The notes beneath the pieces were generated by a model. It saw only the letters and a list, made by a program, of their open reading frames with translations, was not told the origin of the DNA and did no database searches. A DNA stretch of 64,000 nt from Methanomassiliicoccaceae archaeon (GTDB lineage: Archaea > Thermoplasmatota > Thermoplasmata > Methanomassiliicoccales > Methanomassiliicoccaceae), in the NCBI GenBank assembly GCA_963728405.1, contig CAVSJV010000004.1, forward strand, positions 128,001-192,000, given 5' to 3'. Positions 10,843 through 20,422 of the stretch are shown piece by piece. Position 1 is the first letter of the stretch. Each line of letters starts with the position of its first letter. The translations under genes and the position numbers were made by a program.

Positions 10843-11214
10843 ATGGCAGCCATAGACATCATGGACATTGCTGATCAGAGAAAAGCGCAGCTCGAAAAGG
10901 ATGATGCCGATGTTCGTGCCGAGGAGACCTATTTCTCGGGGGAGAACGGCGTCTGGGGTCTGCTCACAGTATATGACGATGCCGCCGGGGAATTGTTAGG
11001 ATACGAGTTCGTTGAAACAACAGATAGCTGGAAACGGCCCGATGCCATCCTGGAGTATAATGAAGCAGCCATGGAAAGCGATGAGGTCGTGGTCATTGTC
11101 CCCGATGATTCGTTCTTGGAGGCAGCCGAGCTAATAACCAGAGCCGGGGATCTGGCGATCATCATCTCCGATTATAGCGCTATGGAGCTCGTTCCAAGAG
11201 TGCTGGTGTCGTAA
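10843..11214 (+). CDS. Acidic hypothetical protein, possible degenerate PD-(D/E)XK-like fold
   Basis: TATA-like GATTAAATA ~25 nt upstream; YEFVET and VVVIVP strands. Confidence 0.6.
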   Translation: MAAIDIMDIADQRKAQLEKDDADVRAEETYFSGENGVWGLLTVYDDAAGELLGYEFVETTDSWKRPDAILEYNEAAMESDEVVVIVPDDSFLEAAELITRAGDLAIIISDYSAMELVPRVLVS

Positions 11215-11284
11215 TAAAAAGCTCCTTGCCCGAAGAAGATTGGCATGATATGAAATACCTAGAAGGCCGAACCCGCTTACATAG

Positions 11285-11470
11285 GTGTTACCGGTGACCA
11301 ATGTCAAGGCCTTTCGGGAGAAAGAGCCACCACCTGGAACGAAGTAAACATTAGCCTACATAGGACGCACAGTCATTATCGCCAATGTGGATGGCAGATC
11401 CTACGCCGTGGATGGCCCCTGCACGGATCGGAGAGGCAATCTGGCGGACGGGTCGTTGAAAGGCAGCGAT
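11285..11470 (+). pseudogene. Rieske-type ferredoxin remnant
   Basis: PPGTK*TL..GRTVIIANVDGRSYAVDGPCTDRRGNLADGSLKG; in-frame TAA, CxH changed to CTD, second motif missing. Confidence 0.65.
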
Positions 11471-11771
11471 CATGATCTCAATCGTGAGGTACTTGGCAAT
11501 CAGGAAATCTGGTCAGGAAAATATCCCGGAGAGTGTTCGGATCGTTCCTGATGATACGGGAAAGGATGCCGAGGGTGCATAACCACCGAAGACGAAAAAA
11601 TGAGCAGCAAAACAGGTTCTCAGACCCTTTACTTAATTTTTTCAACAATTTCTTAGGTCACCTGTCGGGATAATGGGCACATTTAAATACATAAATCGCA
11701 AACACCATTTGAAATCAAATTCGTCTGTGAGTATTACAGATCGTTTTTATTTTCCTCATAGAGTTGATATC

Positions 11772-13220
11772 GTGACAACTTTCACAGATCTACAGATCTC
11801 AAAGGAGATCATCAGGGCAATGAACGACATGGGATGGGAAGAACCTACGCCCGTGCAGATAGCAGCAATACCCGCAGGCCTCAAGGGTGGCGACATGTTC
11901 GCCCAGGCACAGACCGGGACGGGAAAGACCGGCACATACGGAACCATAATACTGGAAAGGATCAAACCCGGGATGAGGGCCGCATCCGCATTGGTCCTCG
12001 TTCCCACAAGGGAATTGGCCAATCAGGTCTCCGAGGAGTTAACCAAGCTCGCCAAGTTCACCGGCCACACATGCATCCCCATCTACGGGGGAGTGGGCAT
12101 CGGGCCTCAGGCAGCGAAGCTCAGGAAAGGCACGGACATCGTGGTGGCCACGCCTGGCAGGACCAAGGATCTCATAAACAGGAATGACCTGGATCTTTCG
12201 AAGATATCGGTCGTAATACTGGACGAGGCCGACCGCATGCTGGACATGGGCTTCGCCAAGGACCTCAATTTTATATTATCGAAGGTGCCCAAGAAGAGGC
12301 AGTCGCTGCTGTTCTCCGCGACCATGTCGCCGGACATTAAACATCTGGCGATGCGTCAGATGGTCAATCCCCAGGAGATACAAGTCTCTAAGGACGAGCC
12401 CGTCCTGGACCTGACCAAACAATATTATATCATGGCCAACAAGGACGAGAAGCGCGACGCACTCTGTACGATCCTAGATATCAACAATCCCAAGGCCATC
12501 GTGTTCTGCCACACCAAGCGCAAGGTCGATCAGCTGACGAAGAAGCTGCTGGCCTATAATTATCGCGTGGGTGCGATACACGGCGACGTCGCCCAGAACA
12601 AGAGGGAAAGGGTCATCAAGAGCTTCAAGGACGGTTCCATCAACGTCCTGGTGGCCACCGACGTGGCGGCCAGGGGATTGGATATCGACGCCGTGGACTA
12701 CGTTATAAATTTCGACGCGCCGAACGATCCGGACACCTACGTCCACCGCATAGGGAGGACCGGAAGAGCGGGGATGGAAGGCACCGCGGTATCGTTCTTC
12801 ATGGCAGAGGAGCGCCGGATGATCAAGGACATCGAGTCCAGGACTGGCAAGCCCATTGATCCGTTGGACATAAAGGTCGTGCACAGGCCCGAACCCGACA
12901 TCAAGAAGGTCATCGCGGTCCAGAACGTTCCTCAGGGAAGAGGAGTAGTGAGCCCGCCCACAAGGACGAACATGAACGGGCCTGCGGAGAATAGGGCATT
13001 CATCGAGATCAACTTCGGGAACGCGAACGGACTGAGCAAGGCCGAGATCGCAAAGCTGGTGAAGCTCGGCACCGACTTGTTACCCCAGGACATAGGAAAG
13101 ATCATCATGGGCGAAAGATACACCCACGTGGAAATAGTCGGGAAGGACGTGGGCAGGGTCACCACGGACCTCTGTGGTTACACCTTCAGAGGCAAGGCCG
13201 TACAAGCACGGGCGATCTAG
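11772..13220 (+). CDS. DEAD-box RNA helicase with DbpA-type C-terminal RNA-binding domain
   Basis: AQTGTGKT, PTRELA, DEADRMLDMGF, SAT, ARGLD, HRIGRTGRAG; GTG start. Confidence 0.95.
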   Translation: MTTFTDLQISKEIIRAMNDMGWEEPTPVQIAAIPAGLKGGDMFAQAQTGTGKTGTYGTIILERIKPGMRAASALVLVPTRELANQVSEELTKLAKFTGHTCIPIYGGVGIGPQAAKLRKGTDIVVATPGRTKDLINRNDLDLSKISVVILDEADRMLDMGFAKDLNFILSKVPKKRQSLLFSATMSPDIKHLAMRQMVNPQEIQVSKDEPVLDLTKQYYIMANKDEKRDALCTILDINNPKAIVFCHTKRKVDQLTKKLLAYNYRVGAIHGDVAQNKRERVIKSFKDGSINVLVATDVAARGLDIDAVDYVINFDAPNDPDTYVHRIGRTGRAGMEGTAVSFFMAEERRMIKDIESRTGKPIDPLDIKVVHRPEPDIKKVIAVQNVPQGRGVVSPPTRTNMNGPAENRAFIEINFGNANGLSKAEIAKLVKLGTDLLPQDIGKIIMGERYTHVEIVGKDVGRVTTDLCGYTFRGKAVQARAI

Positions 13221-14226
13221 ATCAATGCATCGAAAGTCTCCCAAGAGTCCCTGGGCGGGTTCGTCATGAGATAACATCCAGCTGTGGATGTTCTTCTCGA
13301 GAGGTCCCACCGAACCATGTAAGGCAAGAAACGAGCATCAGGGCGACAAAAGCAAGTGGAAATCAATACACAACAGCCCGCATGCATATTCCCCCAGATC
13401 GAATTCAAAGATGAGGTGACTGGATATGCATAATGGTGCGGGCGCCGGCATTCATCATGCCATAATCTCTTAAGTTTTCTATTAGTAGGAACTTTGGGCA
13501 AACCACTTTGTATGCCCACATCGGAAAAGGAGTGTTCATTATAAAGAAATGGACCCCTAGGTTTGCCTGATCCATCATTCGGCGTTATTGATACATTCTT
13601 AGGTGAGAGGGCTGGCGTTGACTGTGCCATCCCCCATTATCTGATTCGCGTTAGCATATCATTCCGTATGTGCTGATATTTGTGTTCAAACCACAAACCA
13701 AGTACCACGACGAAAGCTAGAATCGCCGGGAGAGACTGGACCATATTTGTAGACGCATCATCCATGCCTAGATAGTATCCGCCAACTTAGAGAAGGGCAG
13801 CCGCCACTATGCACTCCGAGAATGAACGGAAAGTATCCTGGGGATTCTTGATCTCATTGCTAATTGGTCTTGGAGATTGCTTTGGATCCTTCCATTGTTC
13901 AAGAAGGGCCGGTGGATTTCTCAACCATGCCTTCGGATATTTGGCAGATACGGGGCCGCCTTCGCTCAGAACAAGAAAGATAAATATTCTCTCTCGGAAA
14001 ACTATGAGAATCAGAATAATCTCCGATAGAGCGCGAACAATTAGGGAGAGAGAGGCAGGCTGGAGAATCGGCACTGACACGTGCATGAATCTCTCCCCTT
14101 CGCGGCTCTGAAAGCATCAGTTAGGTCATCGATATGGCTAGCCTAAAAATATCTATTACCTATGCTCCGCTCCTCAAGTACTACTTTTTGATTTAACGCA
14201 AACGATTAATGTCTGGATGAGAAGGG

Positions 14227-14304
14227 TGGCGCACACGGGGGGATTCGAACCCCCGACTTGCAGCTTAGGAGGCTGCCGCCATATCCAAGCTAGGCCACGT
14301 GTGC
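14227..14304 (-). tRNA. tRNA-Arg(CCU), CCA encoded
   Basis: GCACACG acceptor, GCAGC-CTCCTAA-GCTGC anticodon arm, GTTCGAATC T-loop. Confidence 0.97.
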
Positions 14305-14358
14305 ATTAGTGTGTCGAAAGAAGATGGGATAGAAAAGGTTTGGGTTAGAGGTTTGGAC

Positions 14359-15126
14359 TTACTTGTCCTGGGGGATCTCTTCCGGAGCGATCTCCTCGGG
14401 AGCGGCCTCTTCCTTGGGGGCCTCGGCCTTGACGTACTCCTCGATGAAGCGCACGTTCTCGGCCTTCATGGCCTCGCGGAGGTCGGCGACCACACGGTAT
14501 TTTGCAAGCAGCCACTTCTGGTCATACTTGCAGACGTCCGGCAGGACCAGGCTGATGACCTTGCCCTCGACGGTGATGCCGAAGCCTTCGGAGGTCCCAT
14601 AGTCCATCTCCAGTACGGCCTTGACCATCTCGTCGTCGTTCTGGGCCTTGGACAGCACCTTGAAGTGGTACTTCAGGTTCTTGCCCGCCAGGCGGCGGTT
14701 GAAGTCGACGCGGACGCGACCAGCAGTAACAGCGGTTACGGTGCCCATGCGGTTCTTGATGTTGATCTCCATGCCGATGTGCGGCTCGACTTCCTGTCTC
14801 AGGAACTCCCTCAGGGGGATCATCTCGACCAGCTTGGGGTCCCGAGGACCGGCGGCCTTCTCGGAAGGGATCACGAGGTCGTATTCCTTTCCGATCTCTG
14901 CGTTCTCCAAGGCCTCCTCGAGGCCCGGGAAGATCCTGCCACCGCCGACCAATACGGGGATGGCACTGTATACGATCTTCTCGTTGTATACGCCGGCGTC
15001 CTTGGCGGTCTGAGCGTTGGTGGTATCGAACAGCTCGTTCGAATCCTCGACCCAGCCGTCAAAGTCCATGCGTACGATATCTCCCTTGGCGACCTTGTCG
15101 GCGTGGTTGTGTTTTGCGTTGGACAT
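14359..15126 (-). CDS. Long-type archaeal FKBP peptidyl-prolyl isomerase (SlyD-like)
   Basis: ELFDTT, GLEEAL, PSEKAAGPRDP, VDFNRRLAGKNLKY. Confidence 0.93.
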   Translation of the reverse strand: MSNAKHNHADKVAKGDIVRMDFDGWVEDSNELFDTTNAQTAKDAGVYNEKIVYSAIPVLVGGGRIFPGLEEALENAEIGKEYDLVIPSEKAAGPRDPKLVEMIPLREFLRQEVEPHIGMEINIKNRMGTVTAVTAGRVRVDFNRRLAGKNLKYHFKVLSKAQNDDEMVKAVLEMDYGTSEGFGITVEGKVISLVLPDVCKYDQKWLLAKYRVVADLREAMKAENVRFIEEYVKAEAPKEEAAPEEIAPEEIPQDK

Positions 15127-15334
15127 TAAATCACCTGAATCAATAGCTGAATATGAGTTGGTGTCATTAATTCGTTGATTTTATACTTTTTGGTATTGTG
15201 AGATCGAAATATTGACTTGAATGGCTAGTGTGCTGTCTCATCAAAAATTGAATATGTCATTTGACAGTTTAATGAATAAAAATATAAAAGGTTAGGAAAA
15301 GGTTTCTTTCCATTGCATCAGCTCACTAAGCTGC

Positions 15335-16012
15335 TTAGGCGTTTGAGCCATCCTGGCTGACTACTTCCCAGCTGATGGTGTACTCGCCAGATACGGCGAA
15401 GGTCACAACATAGTAGAGATCAAAGGTGAATGGGGTAGCGGCATCTGCGGGACTGACATCGAACCCGTTGATATTGTTCTCCACATATCCGAGGAGATAA
15501 TCACCATATGTCTCTAGGTGGATCGGAACCCAATGGACCAATGGGGCATTAGGGTTAGGTGAGATCGTACCCACATCATCCTCGCCGTTGGTCGAAGCCG
15601 TGATATCGGTGACGAAGCACTCCTTTAATGAAACATCAGTGCTTCTGACGGCCGTTCCGTCAGCATTCGTAATCTTGATGGCGATGACCATATTATCATA
15701 GCTGGATTCACAAGTCACCGTTGTCATCGTATCGTAGATTGTTCCTTCAGCGGTGTTTATGTTGTCAGCGTAGTCTTCTATTCCGGGATAGTCATTGCCA
15801 AGGTCAGCAGTCGGGTGGGCTACTCCAAGAGCAGCGAGGTCTGCGTCTGCTGGGTCCGTGAACAAAACCGAATTCGGGTTGCCAATCACCACTTCATTGG
15901 TCGACGTGCCAGAGCTTACGATAACTGAGATGGCAGCGCCCATCATCGAGCATCCGATCATAACGGCAACGAGACCGAACAGTATCGGGCTCATCTTTCT
16001 GGTAATTTTCAT
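15335..16012 (-). CDS. Secreted or membrane-anchored acidic beta-rich protein
   Basis: Basic N-terminus plus hydrophobic helix, then D/T/N-rich beta-strand pattern. Confidence 0.75.
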   Translation of the reverse strand: MKITRKMSPILFGLVAVMIGCSMMGAAISVIVSSGTSTNEVVIGNPNSVLFTDPADADLAALGVAHPTADLGNDYPGIEDYADNINTAEGTIYDTMTTVTCESSYDNMVIAIKITNADGTAVRSTDVSLKECFVTDITASTNGEDDVGTISPNPNAPLVHWVPIHLETYGDYLLGYVENNINGFDVSPADAATPFTFDLYYVVTFAVSGEYTISWEVVSQDGSNA

Positions 16013-16158
16013 TGTGCATCAACTCCTTCCATGCCCTCGTCGGTCGAGAGCCCACCTAGGCGCATCTGCCTCCGGAAGTTGTAGATGGAGCGGGCCCCTA
16101 GGATCACCATGGCCGCCCCAACTAGGAGGGCGATGTACCATACAGTCATGTCTGCCAT
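16009..16158 (-). CDS. 49-aa single-TM small protein (below ORF-track cutoff)
   Basis: MADMTVWYIALLVGAAMVILGARSIYNFRRQMRLGGLSTDEGMEGVDAQ; stop overlaps next start (ATGA). Confidence 0.7.
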   Translation of the reverse strand: MADMTVWYIALLVGAAMVILGARSIYNFRRQMRLGGLSTDEGMEGVDAQ

Positions 16159-16388
16159 ATTTTACACCAGTTTTCGGGGCACTAGCCCTTTATTTATGTA
16201 AAAAACAATATTTTGCAATATAAAGGGCCGCCACCTCGGAATCAGCTCTGATAAATACAATTCTGAATATCTATTACACTACATTTTTTTACTAAATCCC
16301 ACCATGTGGGTGGAGCAGGACTTCTCATCCACAGGATGTGGTCATCGACCCATCCAGAGCACCTGTCGCCAAAACGGCTAGGACGAGC

Positions 16389-16739
16389 ATGAAGAACAAG
16401 AGCAAGCTGCGCGAGACGGGTATCGAGAACCTGAAGATCATGCCCGATCCCAACGACACCATCCTCTACCTTGAGGGAGGGAAATGGTACAGCTGGGTTT
16501 GCATCATTCAGCTCACCGATGATGAGCGCGATCAGCTCGTGGAAGTGCTTCAGGGCCTCAAGGCTAAAAAGGAGGCTCGGAAGGCCAAGCTCAAGAAAGC
16601 TGCCACTGAGCCCGAGCATGAAGAACCCAAATTCAATGCGGCCAAGGTACTGAAGCAGGCCCAGGACAAGGCAGGGGAGGGTTTGGCCGAGAACATGGTG
16701 GTCAAGGGTCTTCCTGCGGAGAAAGGAAAAGCCGTTTGA
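16389..16739 (+). CDS. Lys-rich hypothetical protein
   Basis: Host-like codon usage, coiled-coil-like KAKKEARKAKLKK; start could be 16338. Confidence 0.65.
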   Translation: MKNKSKLRETGIENLKIMPDPNDTILYLEGGKWYSWVCIIQLTDDERDQLVEVLQGLKAKKEARKAKLKKAATEPEHEEPKFNAAKVLKQAQDKAGEGLAENMVVKGLPAEKGKAV

Positions 16740-16786
16740 CCGTCTTTATTAGCCCTGGGCAGCATCGGTACGGCGATCTTGCCTGA

Positions 16787-17510
16787 TCATCCGAGGCCGC
16801 ATTTCAGCCCGCCAATAGGGGTCAGCGATTCGACCGTTCTACTATCGAGGACCTTGACAAGCTCAACTAGCAGCCGGAGAGACGATTCTATGTCGGCCAG
16901 GGTCCGCATCAGCTCGGCGGCCAGGAACGCGCCGATGCGATTATCGAGCGCTTTACCGAACGCCAACGCCCTTTCCCCCTCCCTGATGCCGTCACGGAGC
17001 CGGGGCTTGACGGCGATGAAGAACTTAGAGTCGGGCACCACGGCATCACCGGGCCGTACGCCCATCACCACTACCTCATCCTTGTTGGAGGCCCCGATGT
17101 CGATCTGCATGTTCTGCATGGCGGGTTTCTCCCCGTTCTTGTCGCTCACGTGCGGAGGCGAGGGGGACACGATGACGCCGTGGACCAGGCCCTTGCGGGT
17201 CATCAGCTGCACCCTCTTGTCCAGCTAGGGTGTATTCCGACCAGTAACTGAGGTTGTTGAACGAGATGCACCCATCGGCATTGATCGAGGTGATGACGAA
17301 CCCGATCTCGTCGATGGGGCCAGGGGAGCGGGATGGTAGGAGAATCGGCCGAACCCCCCTAGTATAGACCGGGCTGCCCATCTAGTCCGTGGCCATCCCG
17401 CCGACATGCAACTGGACATAGCTCCCTGATGGCCAGAGCGACCTCCCGCTCGAATCCTGAAGGGCCGGAGAGATCGGAGAGATGCTCAAGGAAATGAAGA
17501 GGGGTCGGAT
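16787..17510 (-). pseudogene. M42 family aminopeptidase remnant
   Basis: Fragments LSGPSGFEREV, DEIGFVIT.I, IDIGAS.K.EV..MGVRPGD, GKALDNRIG in different frames; C-terminal half absent. Confidence 0.85.
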
Positions 17511-17791
17511 TAATGATCCGATATGCCTCGAGTCCAACAAATGATATTCCGTTAGCCTGACAAACTGGGGTAGAAATCGGGGACCTGATCTCAGCCCTGC
17601 ATTTCAGGTCACTAAGATCGAAGAGACCTACTAATGCCGACCTCCTATTCCGGCCGGCGACGGCTCAGACCTTCAACGATGGCCCGAAGAGATGCACATT
17701 GTGCACGAAGCGGTGCGGCCTAACCGTTCGTATAAAAAATAATGAAAAGCAGCAGTATATAAATTGACCATAAGTTAGCAAATACGATAAA

Positions 17792-18709
17792 ATGTTGAAT
17801 TATGGTGAGAAAGAGAGATTGTACAATGATCTAGTTAAGAAACGAAGGGACTGCAACCCAGAAGATAATTTAAGCTGTTCCAATAAGGTGAAATGCCCAG
17901 ACAAGGACGACCTCCCCGCAGGTCGCTACATGTCACTCGTAAATGTAGCAGAGGCAGCCAGACAGATCGGCGGGGATGACCTTCAGATCGGCCCAAGGAG
18001 TGCCCTTCACAATAACCTAGATGCGCCTGTTCTGATCGTCCTACAGGATTTTGGGACGGTCGGCTATTATCAGGACCAGTACAGCATGCAGATACGGACC
18101 CATGGGGAGTTCAAAGGCCACATGATGCCCGAGAACAAGAAGGATGGGTGGGATGGAAAAGAAGGTAGGACCCCCACAACGAATCACTTGGAAGAATCTG
18201 TTAAAAAGCTTGTAGGGAGTGACTTTACATTTAACGCGATCGATCCAAAAAATCGAGTTTTTATCACGGACTCATGTCTATGTTTAAAGAACGAGGTCAT
18301 TAAGAATGAAGAGGGGGCCTGGGTGACCGATCGCTCACAGGGATATAGGTCTGGCTCATTCGGTAAAAAATGGTCTACAGAATGCTGCCAGCGCTTCATG
18401 CACAATGATGACCACACCGGTCTCATTGACATAATCTCCCCAAAGGTGGTCCTGGGGATCGGTAAGCATGCGACAGAAGGCGTTCTGAGCAGCTATGGGA
18501 AGAAGGTTACAGGGGACTACTACTCCGTTGTAAAGAATGGCCAGAATGGCATCAAGCTAGAGGGCCGAACCCGGCTCTTTCCAGTATTCCATACGAGCGA
18601 TCTGGCAACAGACCAAAGAAGTAGGCTGTCGATGGATATACACGGAAACAACGATGATGAAATGGCCGACTGGAGGGGCGTTAAAAGATATTATAAAAAG
18701 GCTCGGTGA
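17792..18709 (+). CDS. Divergent uracil-DNA glycosylase superfamily protein
   Basis: VLIVLQDFG, FITDSCLCLK, IISPKVVLGIGKHAT, LFPVFHTS in UDG motif order; more AT-rich than host genes. Confidence 0.7.
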   Translation: MLNYGEKERLYNDLVKKRRDCNPEDNLSCSNKVKCPDKDDLPAGRYMSLVNVAEAARQIGGDDLQIGPRSALHNNLDAPVLIVLQDFGTVGYYQDQYSMQIRTHGEFKGHMMPENKKDGWDGKEGRTPTTNHLEESVKKLVGSDFTFNAIDPKNRVFITDSCLCLKNEVIKNEEGAWVTDRSQGYRSGSFGKKWSTECCQRFMHNDDHTGLIDIISPKVVLGIGKHATEGVLSSYGKKVTGDYYSVVKNGQNGIKLEGRTRLFPVFHTSDLATDQRSRLSMDIHGNNDDEMADWRGVKRYYKKAR

Positions 18710-18713
18710 AGGG

Positions 18714-18741
18714 AAGGGGCAGATCAGAGGTGCCCTTTTTT
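18714..18741 (+). terminator. Hairpin plus T-tract after the UDG-like gene
   Basis: GGGGCA...TGCCCT followed by a T-run. Confidence 0.5.
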
Positions 18742-19185
18742 AATGGCGCTTCCCTGCCACATTTGGATCCCCATTGTTATTTGGGAAGTGGAGAACCTTG
18801 GCCATTGAGAACCATGACCGAGTTTGGATGATCGTCATGTTCCCATTCCCCCCGACCGAGAATGAGCCGAGGGGGCGATCGCTAGGTTCAAGCGCGACGG
18901 TCTCGCGCCACTGGCCACCGCAGGTCATCACTGCGGATCCATCCGGGGGTTGGCGAGGAACTGGACAAGAACAGGATGATCGCCGACGCCACTGAACCGA
19001 CCTACATCGAGTGGCCTGGCACCGACCATGAAGAGGATTGGCCGAGGCCCCGTCCCTCGGAGTTTGACCGGCCATGGTGGGTGATGGAAATAGTTATTTC
19101 TAGCGACCGGACAAGATTGGACCGGACCTCCGAATAAGGTCCGTTCGCAAAAAGTTAAATGGTCGGGCCATATTCGAGGACTCAA

Positions 19186-19262
19186 GCCACCATAGCCCAG
19201 CCCGGTAGAGCGGCTGACTTGTAATCAGCAGGCCGCGTGTTCGAATCACGCTGGTGGCTCCA
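19186..19262 (+). tRNA. tRNA-Thr(UGU), CCA encoded
   Basis: GCCACCA acceptor, CTGA-CTTGTAA-TCAG anticodon arm, TTCGAATC; AAAAGTTAAAT promoter upstream. Confidence 0.97.
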
Positions 19263-19275
19263 CATCCATATTCAA

Positions 19276-20074
19276 TGATGAGAGAAAAACTAACAAGAAG
19301 TGCTGGGATGCGGTCGTGTCCATTCACGCCCGCTCCCGCTTTTACGACCTTATCTCGTTCAAGGCCGGTCGGTCCTCCTTATTGCCGATCGAAGAAGAGG
19401 GAACTTAGGAGCGTCTCGGGTCAGAGTCTCTTGCACTTCCAGTGTCACTTCGGCATAGACACCCTTTCATGGGCGAGGAAAGGAGCGAGGGTCAACCGAT
19501 GTTGACGTCTAGGGGGAAGCCATCGCCCTAAGCCCGCTCCCAGTCCCCGGAGTTGAAGATCGAGGCACACTTCATCGAGAGTGACATCAGCGAGCTGCGG
19601 CCCAAGCTCGATGAAAAGTTAGACATCGCCTTTACGGCCTGCGGCGCCATCTGCTGGCTCCCTGACCTGACCGCTTGGGCGAGGTTTGTGGCCTCCTACC
19701 TCAAGGAAGGAGGGGAGTTCTGCGTGACAGAGGGGCACCCCTTCTCGGAGATGCTGGACGACCACAGCGAGACCTTCATGCTCAGCACCCCCTACTTCCA
19801 TAACGGCCAGCCGATCCGGTACGACAACACGGAGACCTATACCGACGCGGACGGCCCGGTAGAGGTCATCCCCAGCTACGCGTAGTTGCATATCATGGCC
19901 GACATTATCTCCTCGCCCACGGCGGTGGGACTTCGGATCGAGTTCGTCCATGAGTTCGATTTCTGCTTCTTTCCGAGGCTGCCCGGGATGGTCGGAAGCG
20001 AGGACGGGCTGTGGTGCACCCAGGGCGACGGGGGGTCGTTCCCGCTCACCTTCTCGCTGAAAGCAGCGCGTTAG
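19276..20074 (+). pseudogene. Class I SAM-dependent methyltransferase remnant
   Basis: NKKCWD..FYD, LLHFQCHFGIDTLSWARKGA, GAICWLPDLTAWA, EGHPF, FPLTFSLKA; several frameshifts and a TAG at 19883-19885. Confidence 0.85.
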
Positions 20075-20418
20075 AGCCAGATGGTGTCGTCGTCACGGTA
20101 GTTGACCTTCATCACCAGAAAGCCGAAGTCCTCTTCTACTAGGGGCATGCCGTGGACCTCTCCAGGTTCGCACACGATGACGTCCCCTGCCTCAGCATCG
20201 ACCTTTTGACCGTCGATGGTTATCGAACCTTTGCCGAGCACAAAGAAGACCTCCGTCTGAACCTTATGATAATGCGGCGGGATGGTGGCGCCCCTTATGA
20301 ACCGGACCTCCTGTAACCGGTCGATCTCTCGCGGCAGGAACTCGTCGGCCAGTAGTTTCCTCTTGCTGTATCCTTTCCCCTGTTCCCAGGAGCGGCTCGC
20401 GGCCCTCAGGTGCTTCAT
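20071..20418 (-). CDS. Cupin domain protein
   Basis: PPHYH..QTEVFFVL..G and GDVIVCEPGEVHG. Confidence 0.88.
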   Translation of the reverse strand: MKHLRAASRSWEQGKGYSKRKLLADEFLPREIDRLQEVRFIRGATIPPHYHKVQTEVFFVLGKGSITIDGQKVDAEAGDVIVCEPGEVHGMPLVEEDFGFLVMKVNYRDDDTIWL

Positions 20419-20422
20419 CCGA

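Noticed and set aside
11727-11736. GTGAGTATTA shared by hairpins in the helicase and leuA leaders (also 61269-61278, minus strand)
   Set aside because: A single 10-mer match among intergenic regions is expected by chance.
13217-14117. ORFs in the AT-richer stretch
   Set aside because: No recognisable domains and atypical composition; treated as debris.
19883-19885. In-frame TAG in the methyltransferase as a pyrrolysine codon
   Set aside because: It sits where Trp (TGG) is expected, and the gene has several other frameshifts; a nonsense mutation is simpler.
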